A DNA stretch of 64,000 nucleotides from a virus (IMGVR_UViG_3300031993_000027:1-64000), one strand, 5' to 3'; counted from the stretch's first letter, positions 48,535 through 58,012 are shown. Notes: a model not told the origin generated them from the letters alone. Made by a program: numbers and translations.

Positions 48535-49314
48535 TTACTGTGAATACAACTCGTTACGCTCTTCTTCATCCATATCAACATCATTGTTCCTGTTCTTCGT
48601 AGTCCTGTCAATATACGGCAAGTCTTTATGAATCTTAGAACGCATATCCTGTGGACGGATACCGATATATTTCGGATTGTGTTGACCACTCTTGTTGATA
48701 AAGAAGTGTGTTTTATCGAGGTCGTAATACTTAATGATTTCGTCGTAATATTCTTTAATGAGGTAATTGATAACGTTAGTTAATTTCCTGACCCAAGTTT
48801 TATTCTTCAATATCATCGTCAGATGCTTACAAAACGAGCCGATGTTATCGTGAGGATTTCTGATAGGAGCAGGAATAAGTTGTCTCTTACCGTTCTTATA
48901 TCCATTCTTAGTAGCAACGTAAGAATAGCGATAGTAGAAGTCAGGACACGTACAATTTACCTTCAGGAATTTCTCTTGGTCGATTGCTTTGTTCAATGCC
49001 TTTTCTACTGAATCGAAATTCACGTTACCTCTATGCTGTCTGTCAACAACATAAATGATTGTCTGAAGAGCCTTACGAAGTTCAATCGTACAGGTGTACT
49101 GATTGACAGGAATGGAGATAACCAATAAGTCATCCTCGATAAACTTGGATACGTCGATTTCCATCTGTCCAGTTATCTTGTATCCCTTACTTCTCTGTAC
49201 TCTTTCAGGTGATTGACGAGTTGTTTTTAAGACCAACTCACGTCTGTTTACTTCGTTAAGATAAGATAAAGAGTGGCTACCTAAACCACCGTTATATCTT
49301 CTTATAACTGTCAT
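48535..49314 (-). CDS. SWIM zinc-finger protein
   Basis: CTCPDF.YR..Y...P.IRNP...GSFCKHL. Confidence 0.75.
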   Translation of the reverse strand: MTVIRRYNGGLGSHSLSYLNEVNRRELVLKTTRQSPERVQRSKGYKITGQMEIDVSKFIEDDLLVISIPVNQYTCTIELRKALQTIIYVVDRQHRGNVNFDSVEKALNKAIDQEKFLKVNCTCPDFYYRYSYVATKNGYKNGKRQLIPAPIRNPHDNIGSFCKHLTMILKNKTWVRKLTNVINYLIKEYYDEIIKYYDLDKTHFFINKSGQHNPKYIGIRPQDMRSKIHKDLPYIDRTTKNRNNDVDMDEEERNELYSQ

Positions 49315-49341
49315 AGATAGCCACTCCTTTAACTCAATTTC

Positions 49342-50847
49342 TTATCTTTCTGTGTTCCTTGTGGAAGGTCTGCGAACAGAACGTCTTGTTGCTGATTCAG
49401 CGATTCTGCTTGCTGTACTTCTACGGATAGGTCTCCTTGATTCAGAAACCCTGCGAGCAGGTCTTACAGATTTCTTCTCGTTGAGGTATTTACCTACAAC
49501 CTGATATGACTTGCTCTCATTCTTTGTGTTACGCTTTGTGATGAAGTTGCACTTCATACCCTCACAACGGATGATGTTCTTGACAGTGGAAATCTTGAAC
49601 ATAAAAGGTGCTCTCTTGGATTCAACCTTGAATGTACCGTTATCCCTTGCTGTCATAATGGAAGACTTAGGATTGAAGTTACAGTTGAGAACTGTCTTTC
49701 TCTCCTTGCCTGATACCATCGTAATCTTACATTCAAGTCTAAGGTTAGAGCCGTTCTTCTTTGCTCCAACTACCTCAAAAGACTTTGCACCGTTGTAATT
49801 TTCACGGATGAACTTTGTGAGGATAGGATTGAATGTCTTCTCGTCGAGATTGTAACCTTCACGCTTCATAGCAGGTCTGCATACAAGCCCCTTGGATTCA
49901 GTACGAACTGACGGTCTTACAGAAGGTCTGCGAAGCATTGGTCTTGCGTTCTCACTGCGTACAGACTGTCTTGCTGACGGTCTACGTGCAAGTCTGTTCT
50001 CTCCACGAACGGAACGCCTAGCAGAAGGTCTGCGAGCGAGTTCATTCTCACCACGTACTACTGACGGTCTACGAGCAATAGTCCTCTCGCCACGAACTGC
50101 ACGAGCAGGTCTGCGAAGAGCACTTCTCTCTCCTACAACTCTGTTCCTGCGAGCAACCTTGTTCTCGTCACGTACTGTACGTGTAACAGGTCTGCGTGCT
50201 CTGTTCTCGTCTTTAACAGACTTCTCGTCCTTTACAGGATTCTTGCTCTCGTCAAGGTCTTTCTCGTCTTCGTCGAAGTCAACCTTAACCTCTTCACCAT
50301 CGAAGTCAAAGTCCTCTTCTCCGTCAACCTTTTTCTCTTCACCCTCGTCGTCGTTCTTAGCAACGTCTTCGTCAGGATTCTCGGAGTTCTCTACCTCACC
50401 AACCTTAACAAATCCATCAGGGGATTCTTGGTTACACATAAGGCAAATGTCTCCTGCGCCCATAGGCAGTTCAGAGAAGAATGTCTGTCCACAGATAGGA
50501 CAACCGTAGATGTTGTCACCTACGTACTCGTCAGTTGTCGGTGTTACATCAGCAGGTGCATCATCAATCAACTGTTGGAAGCCGAGAGCAACGGAAGTCA
50601 TTTCGTCTGCATCGAGGTCAGGGTCAACAACGGCAATGATATCGTCGGCTGTCTCCATTTCGAGGTCGTCCTTCTCTATCTCTTCGTCGTCTTCCTTCTC
50701 GTCTGCTTCCTTCTTGAATCTCTTCTTGTCAACCTTCTCAACAAGTTTTGTATCCTTCTTGGATTCAACGATTGTCTTCTTGGAAGGTTTCTTCTTGGAT
50801 TCAAGGCAAGCGTTCATCAACTTTGTAAAATTGTCAATGTTAGCCAT
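49342..50847 (-). CDS. putative internal head protein with acidic tracts, zinc ribbon and Arg-rich repeats
   Basis: CPICG..CLMC; about 8 RRP..VRxE repeats; located in the head module. Confidence 0.65.
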   Translation of the reverse strand: MANIDNFTKLMNACLESKKKPSKKTIVESKKDTKLVEKVDKKRFKKEADEKEDDEEIEKDDLEMETADDIIAVVDPDLDADEMTSVALGFQQLIDDAPADVTPTTDEYVGDNIYGCPICGQTFFSELPMGAGDICLMCNQESPDGFVKVGEVENSENPDEDVAKNDDEGEEKKVDGEEDFDFDGEEVKVDFDEDEKDLDESKNPVKDEKSVKDENRARRPVTRTVRDENKVARRNRVVGERSALRRPARAVRGERTIARRPSVVRGENELARRPSARRSVRGENRLARRPSARQSVRSENARPMLRRPSVRPSVRTESKGLVCRPAMKREGYNLDEKTFNPILTKFIRENYNGAKSFEVVGAKKNGSNLRLECKITMVSGKERKTVLNCNFNPKSSIMTARDNGTFKVESKRAPFMFKISTVKNIIRCEGMKCNFITKRNTKNESKSYQVVGKYLNEKKSVRPARRVSESRRPIRRSTASRIAESATRRSVRRPSTRNTER

Positions 50848-50909
50848 TTAGTTTTTCTCCTTTACTTTGTTTTGCTTATATATTTATTTTATATCACTTG
50901 TGCGGAATA

Positions 50910-51611
50910 TCAATCCATTGGTAAGAGTAAATCCTTATTGGAATTGAGGAACGTTCTAATCTCTGTTAACTCCGCTTGTGCTTCACTAAGAAGTTGGTCG
51001 GCATCGAGATTGTAAGTTGCACTACCGAGAGTGTACTTACCTCTTACTCTTCCCAACGCTTCCTTGGTCATTGCCAAGGAAAGTCTCTTTAGCAGGTTAA
51101 TCCAAAACTCTTCGTAGATTTCGGATACGTCTTCATATTCAGGTGTGTATACCAGTGTTACCGTGTTAGATACCACTTTCTGTTCATACAAGTATAACTT
51201 CTCGTTCTTCCTGTCATACATAAAATCCAAGTCGGTTGACAGGGCATTCTTATTCTGTTGTACCATTAAGGCTCTTGCGTAGTCGCTTAAAGTAAAGGAA
51301 TTGGTTACACCACTCGTTCTGTTTCTTGATGTATAAATGTACATCATATCCTGCAATCCTGATACGGATATGTTCGGTGAACCTCTCATAACGTAAGATA
51401 TACTTGCTATCTTCTTACCTGCTAAATCTATCACATTAGCATAAGGCACTGTCATGGTCTCACAGTCAGTGATATAGCCCTTCAATTCCTGAAAAGCCAT
51501 ATCAATGATATCATCAAGAAAGTCTTCGAGTTCAATCCATATGATAGGTGCTCCAAGTTGAAGTTTGATGTACCTCATATACTGTTCTTTTGTAAGACCT
51601 GTCTTTGCCAT
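50910..51611 (-). CDS. neck/head-tail adaptor (gp13-like)
   Basis: YIKLQLGAPIIWIEL, KEALGRVRGKY, LLSEAQAE. Confidence 0.8.
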   Translation of the reverse strand: MAKTGLTKEQYMRYIKLQLGAPIIWIELEDFLDDIIDMAFQELKGYITDCETMTVPYANVIDLAGKKIASISYVMRGSPNISVSGLQDMMYIYTSRNRTSGVTNSFTLSDYARALMVQQNKNALSTDLDFMYDRKNEKLYLYEQKVVSNTVTLVYTPEYEDVSEIYEEFWINLLKRLSLAMTKEALGRVRGKYTLGSATYNLDADQLLSEAQAELTEIRTFLNSNKDLLLPMD

Positions 51612-51627
51612 ATCCTAACTCCGCTTC

Positions 51628-51909
51628 TTATTCAGCCTTTTTCTTGGATGTTTTCTTCTTAGGCTTCGCTTCTGTCTTTGCCTCTTCTGTCTTCTCTACA
51701 ACAGGTTCTTCAACCTTGGTCTCTACGACAGGTTCTTCAACCTTTGCTTCTTCAACAGATTCGACAAGAATCTTCTTACCTTCCTTTACAGGTGTCGGCT
51801 CTTCAAGAACCTTCTTCTCGGTTTCTTTTACAGTAGCCTTGGCAACTGTCTTAGGCGTGGCAAGAATGATTCTCCTCTTTTCATAGCCTTTTGCGTGAAA
51901 CATTCTCAT
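51628..51909 (-). CDS. Lys/Glu-rich low-complexity protein
   Basis: KVEEPVVE repeated; GAGG SD. Confidence 0.6.
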   Translation of the reverse strand: MRMFHAKGYEKRRIILATPKTVAKATVKETEKKVLEEPTPVKEGKKILVESVEEAKVEEPVVETKVEEPVVEKTEEAKTEAKPKKKTSKKKAE

Positions 51910-52154
51910 TACCTCTTTCTATATTATGTTATTTTCGCCCCTAGCGTTTATCCTAATCGTTTCTATCTGTTTCTATGAGTAATTCTACTCTGTGACCAGT
52001 AAACGGCTTAGAAACGAAAATAGACGGTGTTTAGAAGATATGTAGAGCAGGTCAGGAGGGGAGGTTAATAGAACAAGTAAAACAAATTGCGATACACACC
52101 ATGACAAGATGTTTTTAACCTGACCTGCCTACAAACCACACTATCCATAAAGCA

Positions 52155-52182
52155 ACTGTCTAAGGGGATTCCCCCTAGACAG
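52155..52182 (-). terminator. hairpin terminator
   Basis: ACTGTCTAAGGGG/CCCCCTAGACAGT. Confidence 0.6.
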
Positions 52183-52201
52183 TAGGAACTTTATTTCTTA
52201 A

Positions 52202-52453
52202 TTACTCTTCAGAGGAAATAGCATCGAGGGTGATTGTAACGCCTGTCGGCTTTTCCAGTGAATCGTAGTAGATTGCTTCCTCGGAAGATGTTGCTGTGAG
52301 TTCAAGACCCTGACCTTCAGAGTGGTCGTCGTCTACACCACCGACTGTCTTCCAAAGATTTGCACGATACAACTGAAAAGTAAAAGGCTTATCAGATACA
52401 TTCTGAATTGTAACCTTCATAGGCTCTTTGTAATCAACGTTAGTAATAGCCAT
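52202..52453 (-). CDS. small protein after the capsid gene (possible decoration protein)
   Basis: AAGGAG SD; position. Confidence 0.6.
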   Translation of the reverse strand: MAITNVDYKEPMKVTIQNVSDKPFTFQLYRANLWKTVGGVDDDHSEGQGLELTATSSEEAIYYDSLEKPTGVTITLDAISSEE

Positions 52454-52554
52454 ATTCTTTACTCCTTTTAAGTTTGTTTTTAGAAATCCCTCTAGGTGAG
52501 TTGCCCCACCTAGAGTTCATCCGAAAGATAAATGAGGGTATATGATGAAACTGC

Positions 52555-53979
52555 TTATGCTGTTACCTGTCCTGCAATGTAGAGGTTAGGGTTAACCATC
52601 TTCTTGCCGTACATCGTAGCCCATGCTCTCTGACCACGGAAGTCTGCATCCATGATAAGGTCAGTAGCCGTGATAGGCATATAAGGACAATAGAAGTAAC
52701 CTGCGTCAAACATATTGTTACCCTTGTAGCCCATTACATACTTATCCTGTGGGAAAGCAGGGTTTACATAAACCTTGATGTTACCAATCATACCGCAGTA
52801 GTAAGAACCGTTTGCAACGTTACCACTCGGTTTGAAGTTCCTCATGGATTCGAGAACTGTCTTTACACCAAGACCGCAAATCATAAAGTTTGCGGATACC
52901 TTACGTGTAGCACCTGCGATAGCGTTAGAACTATCGTTGATTCTCTCGATGAATCCGTCGTAGTGGTCTGCAAGACTTACGCCACCAGGCAGTGACTTAG
53001 ACCATGTACGAGGTGTGAGAAGAGGATTTGTGTTACCAACAGCACTCTTCAGGAGGTCAAACGTAATCTCGTTGTCGATTTCGTAAGCCATTTCGCCCGA
53101 AGCCTGTGTAGCAAGCAACTCTTCGATGTTCTGACCATATTCCTTCTGAAGTTCATAAGAAGCATCAAAAGCCCAATATGCTCTAAGTGTACGAGCCGTT
53201 GCAATAACAGGGAGGCTCTGCATTTCGAGACCGATTTCAGGAACGTTTGTGAATCCTGCGCCACCGATAGCACCGTCACCCTCTGTACCACTTGCTGTCT
53301 CACCTGCTGTACCGAATGTATCGAAGCCGTTAGAACGTACTTCCTCATTCATAAAGTAGTAAGATACGAATACCTTCTTACCGTTTGTAGGTGCTGTTGT
53401 AAGCGTTACAGATGTTGCTGTAAGACCGTTTGTGTCGATAGCATAAGTTGTGCCATCTTCGTCAACGATAACAGCCTTGTAGTCACCGTTAGCATCCTTA
53501 GATGTGTCAACAGGTGTCCAATCGAGGCTGAACTGCTTGTTAGAACCATCACCTGTTCCTACCATTTCTCTGTTAACGAATGCGGATGTGTAATCCATGT
53601 CAGAGAACGAACCGTGGATGGAACTATTGAATGTAGTACCTGCCTTTGTCTCACCCTTGTTAGACTGATACTGATAGTTGAGGTAGTTAATCATACCAAC
53701 TCTGTTATCCATTGGCTGAACAGCAACTACGTCAAATGCGATAAGGTTAGGTACGGAAGCGGTAAGGATATCAAGAGCATATCTCTTGTACTGACCGATT
53801 TGAGCAGGGTTTGTTGCTTCCATAGCCTTAATACGAGACTGTGTGTTCTCCAAGCAATGAGCAAGAGCGACCTTCTTCTCGAAAGTCATAGGCTTACCCT
53901 GTACCTTCTCTACCATTGCAATTCTCTTAGCGAACTTACTGATAAGGTAAGCACTTCTTTGGTTAATCAAATTAGCCAT
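52555..53979 (-). CDS. major capsid protein, T4 gp23-like
   Basis: VAVQPM, TARTLRAYW, EIDNEI, DAGYFYCPYMP, TMYG. Confidence 0.95.
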   Translation of the reverse strand: MANLINQRSAYLISKFAKRIAMVEKVQGKPMTFEKKVALAHCLENTQSRIKAMEATNPAQIGQYKRYALDILTASVPNLIAFDVVAVQPMDNRVGMINYLNYQYQSNKGETKAGTTFNSSIHGSFSDMDYTSAFVNREMVGTGDGSNKQFSLDWTPVDTSKDANGDYKAVIVDEDGTTYAIDTNGLTATSVTLTTAPTNGKKVFVSYYFMNEEVRSNGFDTFGTAGETASGTEGDGAIGGAGFTNVPEIGLEMQSLPVIATARTLRAYWAFDASYELQKEYGQNIEELLATQASGEMAYEIDNEITFDLLKSAVGNTNPLLTPRTWSKSLPGGVSLADHYDGFIERINDSSNAIAGATRKVSANFMICGLGVKTVLESMRNFKPSGNVANGSYYCGMIGNIKVYVNPAFPQDKYVMGYKGNNMFDAGYFYCPYMPITATDLIMDADFRGQRAWATMYGKKMVNPNLYIAGQVTA

Positions 53980-53997
53980 AGTAAAAAATCTCCTTTA

Positions 53998-55572
53998 TTA
54001 GTCTACTTTGTGTCCGAAGTTCTGTAAGAAATTCATTGTCTGTCTATCTTCATCATTGAGACCAATACTGCTTTCAAATCCGACAGGCTTAATAGCGATA
54101 GGAAGTTTACTAAGTCTTCTCTTCTCGTCTGACAACTGCTCAACTATCATATCAACGTCTTGAATACCATAGTTAGCAGGAAGCATCTGTCTGACCTTGT
54201 TTTGGTCTATTCCTTCGGATAAACACTTTGTTCCAATGTATCTTTCGAGCACTTCAGACATTTGTGTTTTTTGTTCTGTAAGTCTGTTAGATACATTTTG
54301 CATCTTGTTCTCGGTCAACATCTGACTGTTGTTAACCTTTTCCAAGTCAGAGTTAAGAGCGTTGTTCTCTTCGTAGAGAGAATCCAACTCGTTAGCCTTG
54401 TTAGACAACTCGTTCTCCAACTCAATTATCCTGCCCTCGTTTTCCTTATTGGCTTCGGTAAGGCTTTCTAACTGATTGTCCTTAGATTCGAGTTCCTTTG
54501 TCAAAGTAGAAGTTTCCCTCTTTGCCTCCGACAATTCTCTTCTAAGAGAATGAATCTGTCTCTTTGCTTCTTCGAGTTGTGCCTTTAAAGTTTCTGTTTC
54601 TTCGGAATAGGATTCTTCAAGTCTCCTGACCCTAGAACTTGCCTTATTCAACTTTTCCATAACGTCACGGTTTACTCTTTCAAGTCTCTCGTTCTTTACT
54701 TCAAGTCTCCTAAGAACTCTCTTGCTAGAAATGGATTCGGCTTTGTAGTCCTCTTTGAGTTCGTTCATCTTCTTATCACTAATATTATTAGCCTCTTTAA
54801 GAGATTCTAACTCGGACTTCAAGTTCTCGTTCTCTTCTGCAAGATTTCCCAAATCTTCTTCCAACTTGCTAGACAGATTCGCTCCGTCTACGTTGGACAA
54901 TCTATTGTCGATTGATTCTCTGATAGAATCAAGATTCGGCATATTTACGGATTCTGCTAATCTCTTTAACCCGATTAGTTCATCCTTAGTCGTGGCATTC
55001 TCTATCTCCTTTGTGAAGATATCAGTTACCTTTGCCCTTGCAACTGATTCAACCTTGTCAGGTCTTGCTGACTTAACAGCAGGTTGTACTACCATATCGT
55101 GACCGTAATACGAATATGTGTCAGGGTCGATTATCGTCTCTCCGTTTCTTTCGATTTCATCACCGAGACCTCTTGATGAAACACCTATCTTACATCCATA
55201 ATCAATGAGAGACTTCAGGATACGTCCCTGCGGTGTGTCGAGGATATCGAACTCTACCCAAAGGATACTTTCATTCTCTCTGATTTCCATATTGGTAAGA
55301 ACAACTGCAACCTCTTTTAGTGAAGAATCTATGCGTTCTGTCGGATGGTCAAGTTCCCCAAAACAAGTGTGAGTTTCCATCATTTCCTTGTAATCGTCAG
55401 AGTTCATTACATTACGCCACAACTGAATGTCATATCTACGACCATTTCTTGTTGGTGCGTTGAACTCTGCTCCGATACCTGCAAGGTGTCCTAAACAATT
55501 CGGATTAGTTACAGGTGCTTCACTGTATTCGAGTACAGTCTGAAGTCTCTCTGTCAAAACTTTCTTAGCCAT
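53998..55572 (-). CDS. prohead protease (gp21-like) fused to a coiled-coil scaffold
   Basis: RNGRRY, FGELDHP, LDTPQGRIL, GVSSRGLG; long C-terminal coiled coil. Confidence 0.9.
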   Translation of the reverse strand: MAKKVLTERLQTVLEYSEAPVTNPNCLGHLAGIGAEFNAPTRNGRRYDIQLWRNVMNSDDYKEMMETHTCFGELDHPTERIDSSLKEVAVVLTNMEIRENESILWVEFDILDTPQGRILKSLIDYGCKIGVSSRGLGDEIERNGETIIDPDTYSYYGHDMVVQPAVKSARPDKVESVARAKVTDIFTKEIENATTKDELIGLKRLAESVNMPNLDSIRESIDNRLSNVDGANLSSKLEEDLGNLAEENENLKSELESLKEANNISDKKMNELKEDYKAESISSKRVLRRLEVKNERLERVNRDVMEKLNKASSRVRRLEESYSEETETLKAQLEEAKRQIHSLRRELSEAKRETSTLTKELESKDNQLESLTEANKENEGRIIELENELSNKANELDSLYEENNALNSDLEKVNNSQMLTENKMQNVSNRLTEQKTQMSEVLERYIGTKCLSEGIDQNKVRQMLPANYGIQDVDMIVEQLSDEKRRLSKLPIAIKPVGFESSIGLNDEDRQTMNFLQNFGHKVD

Positions 55573-55761
55573 TATCTCGCCCTTCTCTTTTGACATATGA
55601 TAAGCGTCAGAATCGCTCCAACGCTAGTTTCCGTCTCCAAAATTTACAGTACAGGTGATAGGGTAGTTTTGTTCTGTTTTTTAGGCTACCGTAACATAAC
55701 CTGTACTATTATTGTACCACTTCCCTTTAATTTTAACTTTTCTTCTTTTATTTTGCAATAA

Positions 55762-55866
55762 GGAAAACCCCTTACCACGTTTGCAATGGTAAGGGGTTCA
55801 AGGAGAATAGTATGAGATATAAGAGTTGGATAGTGACTTATTCAAGTGACCTTTTTATCGGTCAGG
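55762..55866 (-). ncRNA. candidate ~100-nt small RNA
   Basis: Extended -10 TGGTATAAT at 55870-55878, 5' hairpin, anti-SD/anti-AUG segment, 12-bp terminator stem at 55766-55798. Confidence 0.5.
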
Positions 55867-55987
55867 TACATTATACCATAAGTTTAACTGTTCTGCTACC
55901 TGCCTAGAGTAAAGTTTTCTCGATGAAAGGGGGGTTGTCCTTTCTATGTGTTTTTGTCATCTAGGCAAGTAACACAGCCTTTAACTG

Positions 55988-56215
55988 TCAGTCAGGATTA
56001 AATCTAACCTCGAATCTATCCTGCGGAGGATAACCGCAATTCCCACAATCGTCTACAAGGATAAGATAACCCTCGGAGGAAATATACCAATCGTCGATAT
56101 CACAGTAGATAAGGTTGGACTGTTTAAACCACTTCTCTTTGAAGATGTGATTATGGTCGAAGATAGGTTCTTTGCCTGTCCTCTTGTCTATAACGATGAA
56201 TGATAACTTAGCCAT
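55988..56215 (-). CDS. hypothetical protein
   Basis: LIYCDIDDW.I..EG.L.LVDDCGN. Confidence 0.65.
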   Translation of the reverse strand: MAKLSFIVIDKRTGKEPIFDHNHIFKEKWFKQSNLIYCDIDDWYISSEGYLILVDDCGNCGYPPQDRFEVRFNPD

Positions 56216-56408
56216 AGATAATCTCCCTGATTTTCTCTAATGCTTTCTCGCTGTCTATGTCGGGGTCGAGCCAACGTTCTACTTCGTTTACCTTGCGGAT
56301 ACATTCGATTGCCTTGCGTATTGCATCTATCTGCTCTTCAAAAGTATAATTAAGAAATGCAGATATAGACAGATTATCAAGTATCTTGATTGTTTCTTCA
56401 CTATTCAC
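56208..56408 (-). CDS. hypothetical protein
   Basis: GGAG SD; coupled. Confidence 0.55.
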   Translation of the reverse strand: MNSEETIKILDNLSISAFLNYTFEEQIDAIRKAIECIRKVNEVERWLDPDIDSEKALEKIREIIYG

Positions 56409-56565
56409 GATTGTTTCTCCCTGTATCTCTTTAAAGTCTCCAAGGCTGTCTCGATATCATTACGTTCCTTGCTTGTCAGATACAGTTCAAGAACGATATC
56501 GTCTTTGTGCCTTATGAGAATGTCCATTGCTTCTTCCAAGGTCATCTTAGTCATCCCCTTCCTTG

Positions 56566-56850
56566 TTAAAGCCTACTTAATTCTTTCAGAATAGTGTTGA
56601 GCAGGTTTTTCTTAAATCTGTCAATCCTGCCGTTGGTGTCATCGTTATAACCTCTAAGCCACTTTTCCTTAAAGTTCTTGACAGTTTCCCTGTATTTGCT
56701 CTCACTTATGTCTAAACTTTGCCACCACTCTAGGTCGTGAAGGACTTCTGCTAAGTCGTGGATAAGTTCTTCAAGTTCACTGTCGCTCATTTCACCCGAA
56801 TAAGTGCTTTCGAATGTATTGTACATATAGTTAAAACTTCCACCTGACAT
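56566..56850 (-). CDS. hypothetical phage protein
   Basis: MSGGSFNY...LHDLEWW.S.D. Confidence 0.7.
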   Translation of the reverse strand: MSGGSFNYMYNTFESTYSGEMSDSELEELIHDLAEVLHDLEWWQSLDISESKYRETVKNFKEKWLRGYNDDTNGRIDRFKKNLLNTILKELSRL

Positions 56851-56889
56851 GGTTAACTCTTCTCTCTTTCTTTATTGTCTTTCATAGTA

Positions 56890-56918
56890 TCTTAACGAAT
56901 GTTTAGGATTGAATCTCC
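56890..56918 (-). promoter_or_regulatory. phage-specific promoter, GGAGATTCAA-N11-CGTTAAGA
   Basis: Exact consensus copy. Confidence 0.8.
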
Positions 56919-57712
56919 TCTTTAGGAGCGAGTATTACCTTTTCAGGTTCATCAGGAACGGTATAAGGGAATGTTACCTCTACACGGCTTTGTCCACTCT
57001 GAAACCATGACTTGCCACCATCATCAGAAAATACCTTGCCCTCTATGTCATAGGCTTTGCCATCCTTGTCTTTGAACACAGAAGAATATCTCTTGTTCTG
57101 ATAATGTCCGTTTGTTATCTCTCCCCATTCGTCATCCTCTCCTGTAAGTGGAGATAATGGCTTGAACCTTGCAAGTCTGTTGAAGTAGTCACAGTTAATG
57201 CTGAATCCTGAATGTCCCTGACTGCTGATAACCTTGATAAGAGCGAGAACATCCTTGTTCAGTCTTTCCTGATACTCGTCTCCTATGCGAGTAATCCTAC
57301 GCAACTCACTCTTGGCGTACTTAACAAGATGGTCTTCTTCGTCATAGTAGTCGGTTTCTTCGTCACAATAAGTTCTTTCTTCTTCGTCTTCTTCTTCATC
57401 AAAGTCTTCGTCATCTTCATATTCAACTTTGCGCACTCTCATTAGTTCTTTACCGTTTTTCGCTTTTTCCTCTTCTTCGGTATCAACTAATCTTCTGCAA
57501 AGGTCTTGAAGTTCAGAAAATGTTTCCCTTTTGTCTGTCCTAAAATCGACATGATACCATCCGCAATCATAAGTTATTGAAAAAGACGAATACTTTTCCT
57601 TGAAAACCTCTTTGCAGAATTTTTCTACCGTTTCTAAAGAATCTTCACATTCGGTATGAAACTCAATACAATACCTGTTGGTTGATTCATATGATGTTCT
57701 AAAAAATGACAT
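56903..57712 (-). CDS. hypothetical protein (duplicated N-terminal motif, acidic linker, C-terminal domain)
   Basis: QGHSGFS..PLSPLTGEDDEW..YQNKR. Confidence 0.7.
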   Translation of the reverse strand: MSFFRTSYESTNRYCIEFHTECEDSLETVEKFCKEVFKEKYSSFSITYDCGWYHVDFRTDKRETFSELQDLCRRLVDTEEEEKAKNGKELMRVRKVEYEDDEDFDEEEDEEERTYCDEETDYYDEEDHLVKYAKSELRRITRIGDEYQERLNKDVLALIKVISSQGHSGFSINCDYFNRLARFKPLSPLTGEDDEWGEITNGHYQNKRYSSVFKDKDGKAYDIEGKVFSDDGGKSWFQSGQSRVEVTFPYTVPDEPEKVILAPKEEIQS

Positions 57713-57726
57713 TATCTTGTTCCTCC

Positions 57727-58011
57727 TTACTTTTTTGCCTTTAACCTCTGTCCGTCGTGTTCACAGTATTCACCGTCTATTCCATATCTGCTCCCACATT
57801 CAGGACAAAACTTAGAATGACCTTCCTCAATCCAATACCCTGCAATCATACCTGCAAAAAAACTTAGTACCAATACAAGTCCAATCACTGTTACAAGCAC
57901 ATCAAATGAAATGCTAATCTTGTCTTTCAAGTTCATAGGACACACTTCGCAATTATGGAAGCAGTGATGTTCAAACGTATATTTTATTTTCTCTGAATCA
58001 ACAAGTGACAT
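57727..58011 (-). CDS. membrane protein with zinc ribbon
   Basis: Transmembrane helix; FCPECG..YCEHDG. Confidence 0.6.
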   Translation of the reverse strand: MSLVDSEKIKYTFEHHCFHNCEVCPMNLKDKISISFDVLVTVIGLVLVLSFFAGMIAGYWIEEGHSKFCPECGSRYGIDGEYCEHDGQRLKAKK

Positions 58012-58012
58012 A

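Noticed and set aside
33770-49261. Additional CGTTAAGA hits at about 33770, 46944 and 49254
   Set aside because: Antisense within genes and lacking the AGATT(C/T)AA element 11 nt upstream
49892-50509. 205-aa plus-strand ORF, and similar antisense ORFs such as 50428..51015, 61693..62367 and 6534..7085
   Set aside because: Shadow frames opposite well-supported genes; no SD and no recognisable motifs
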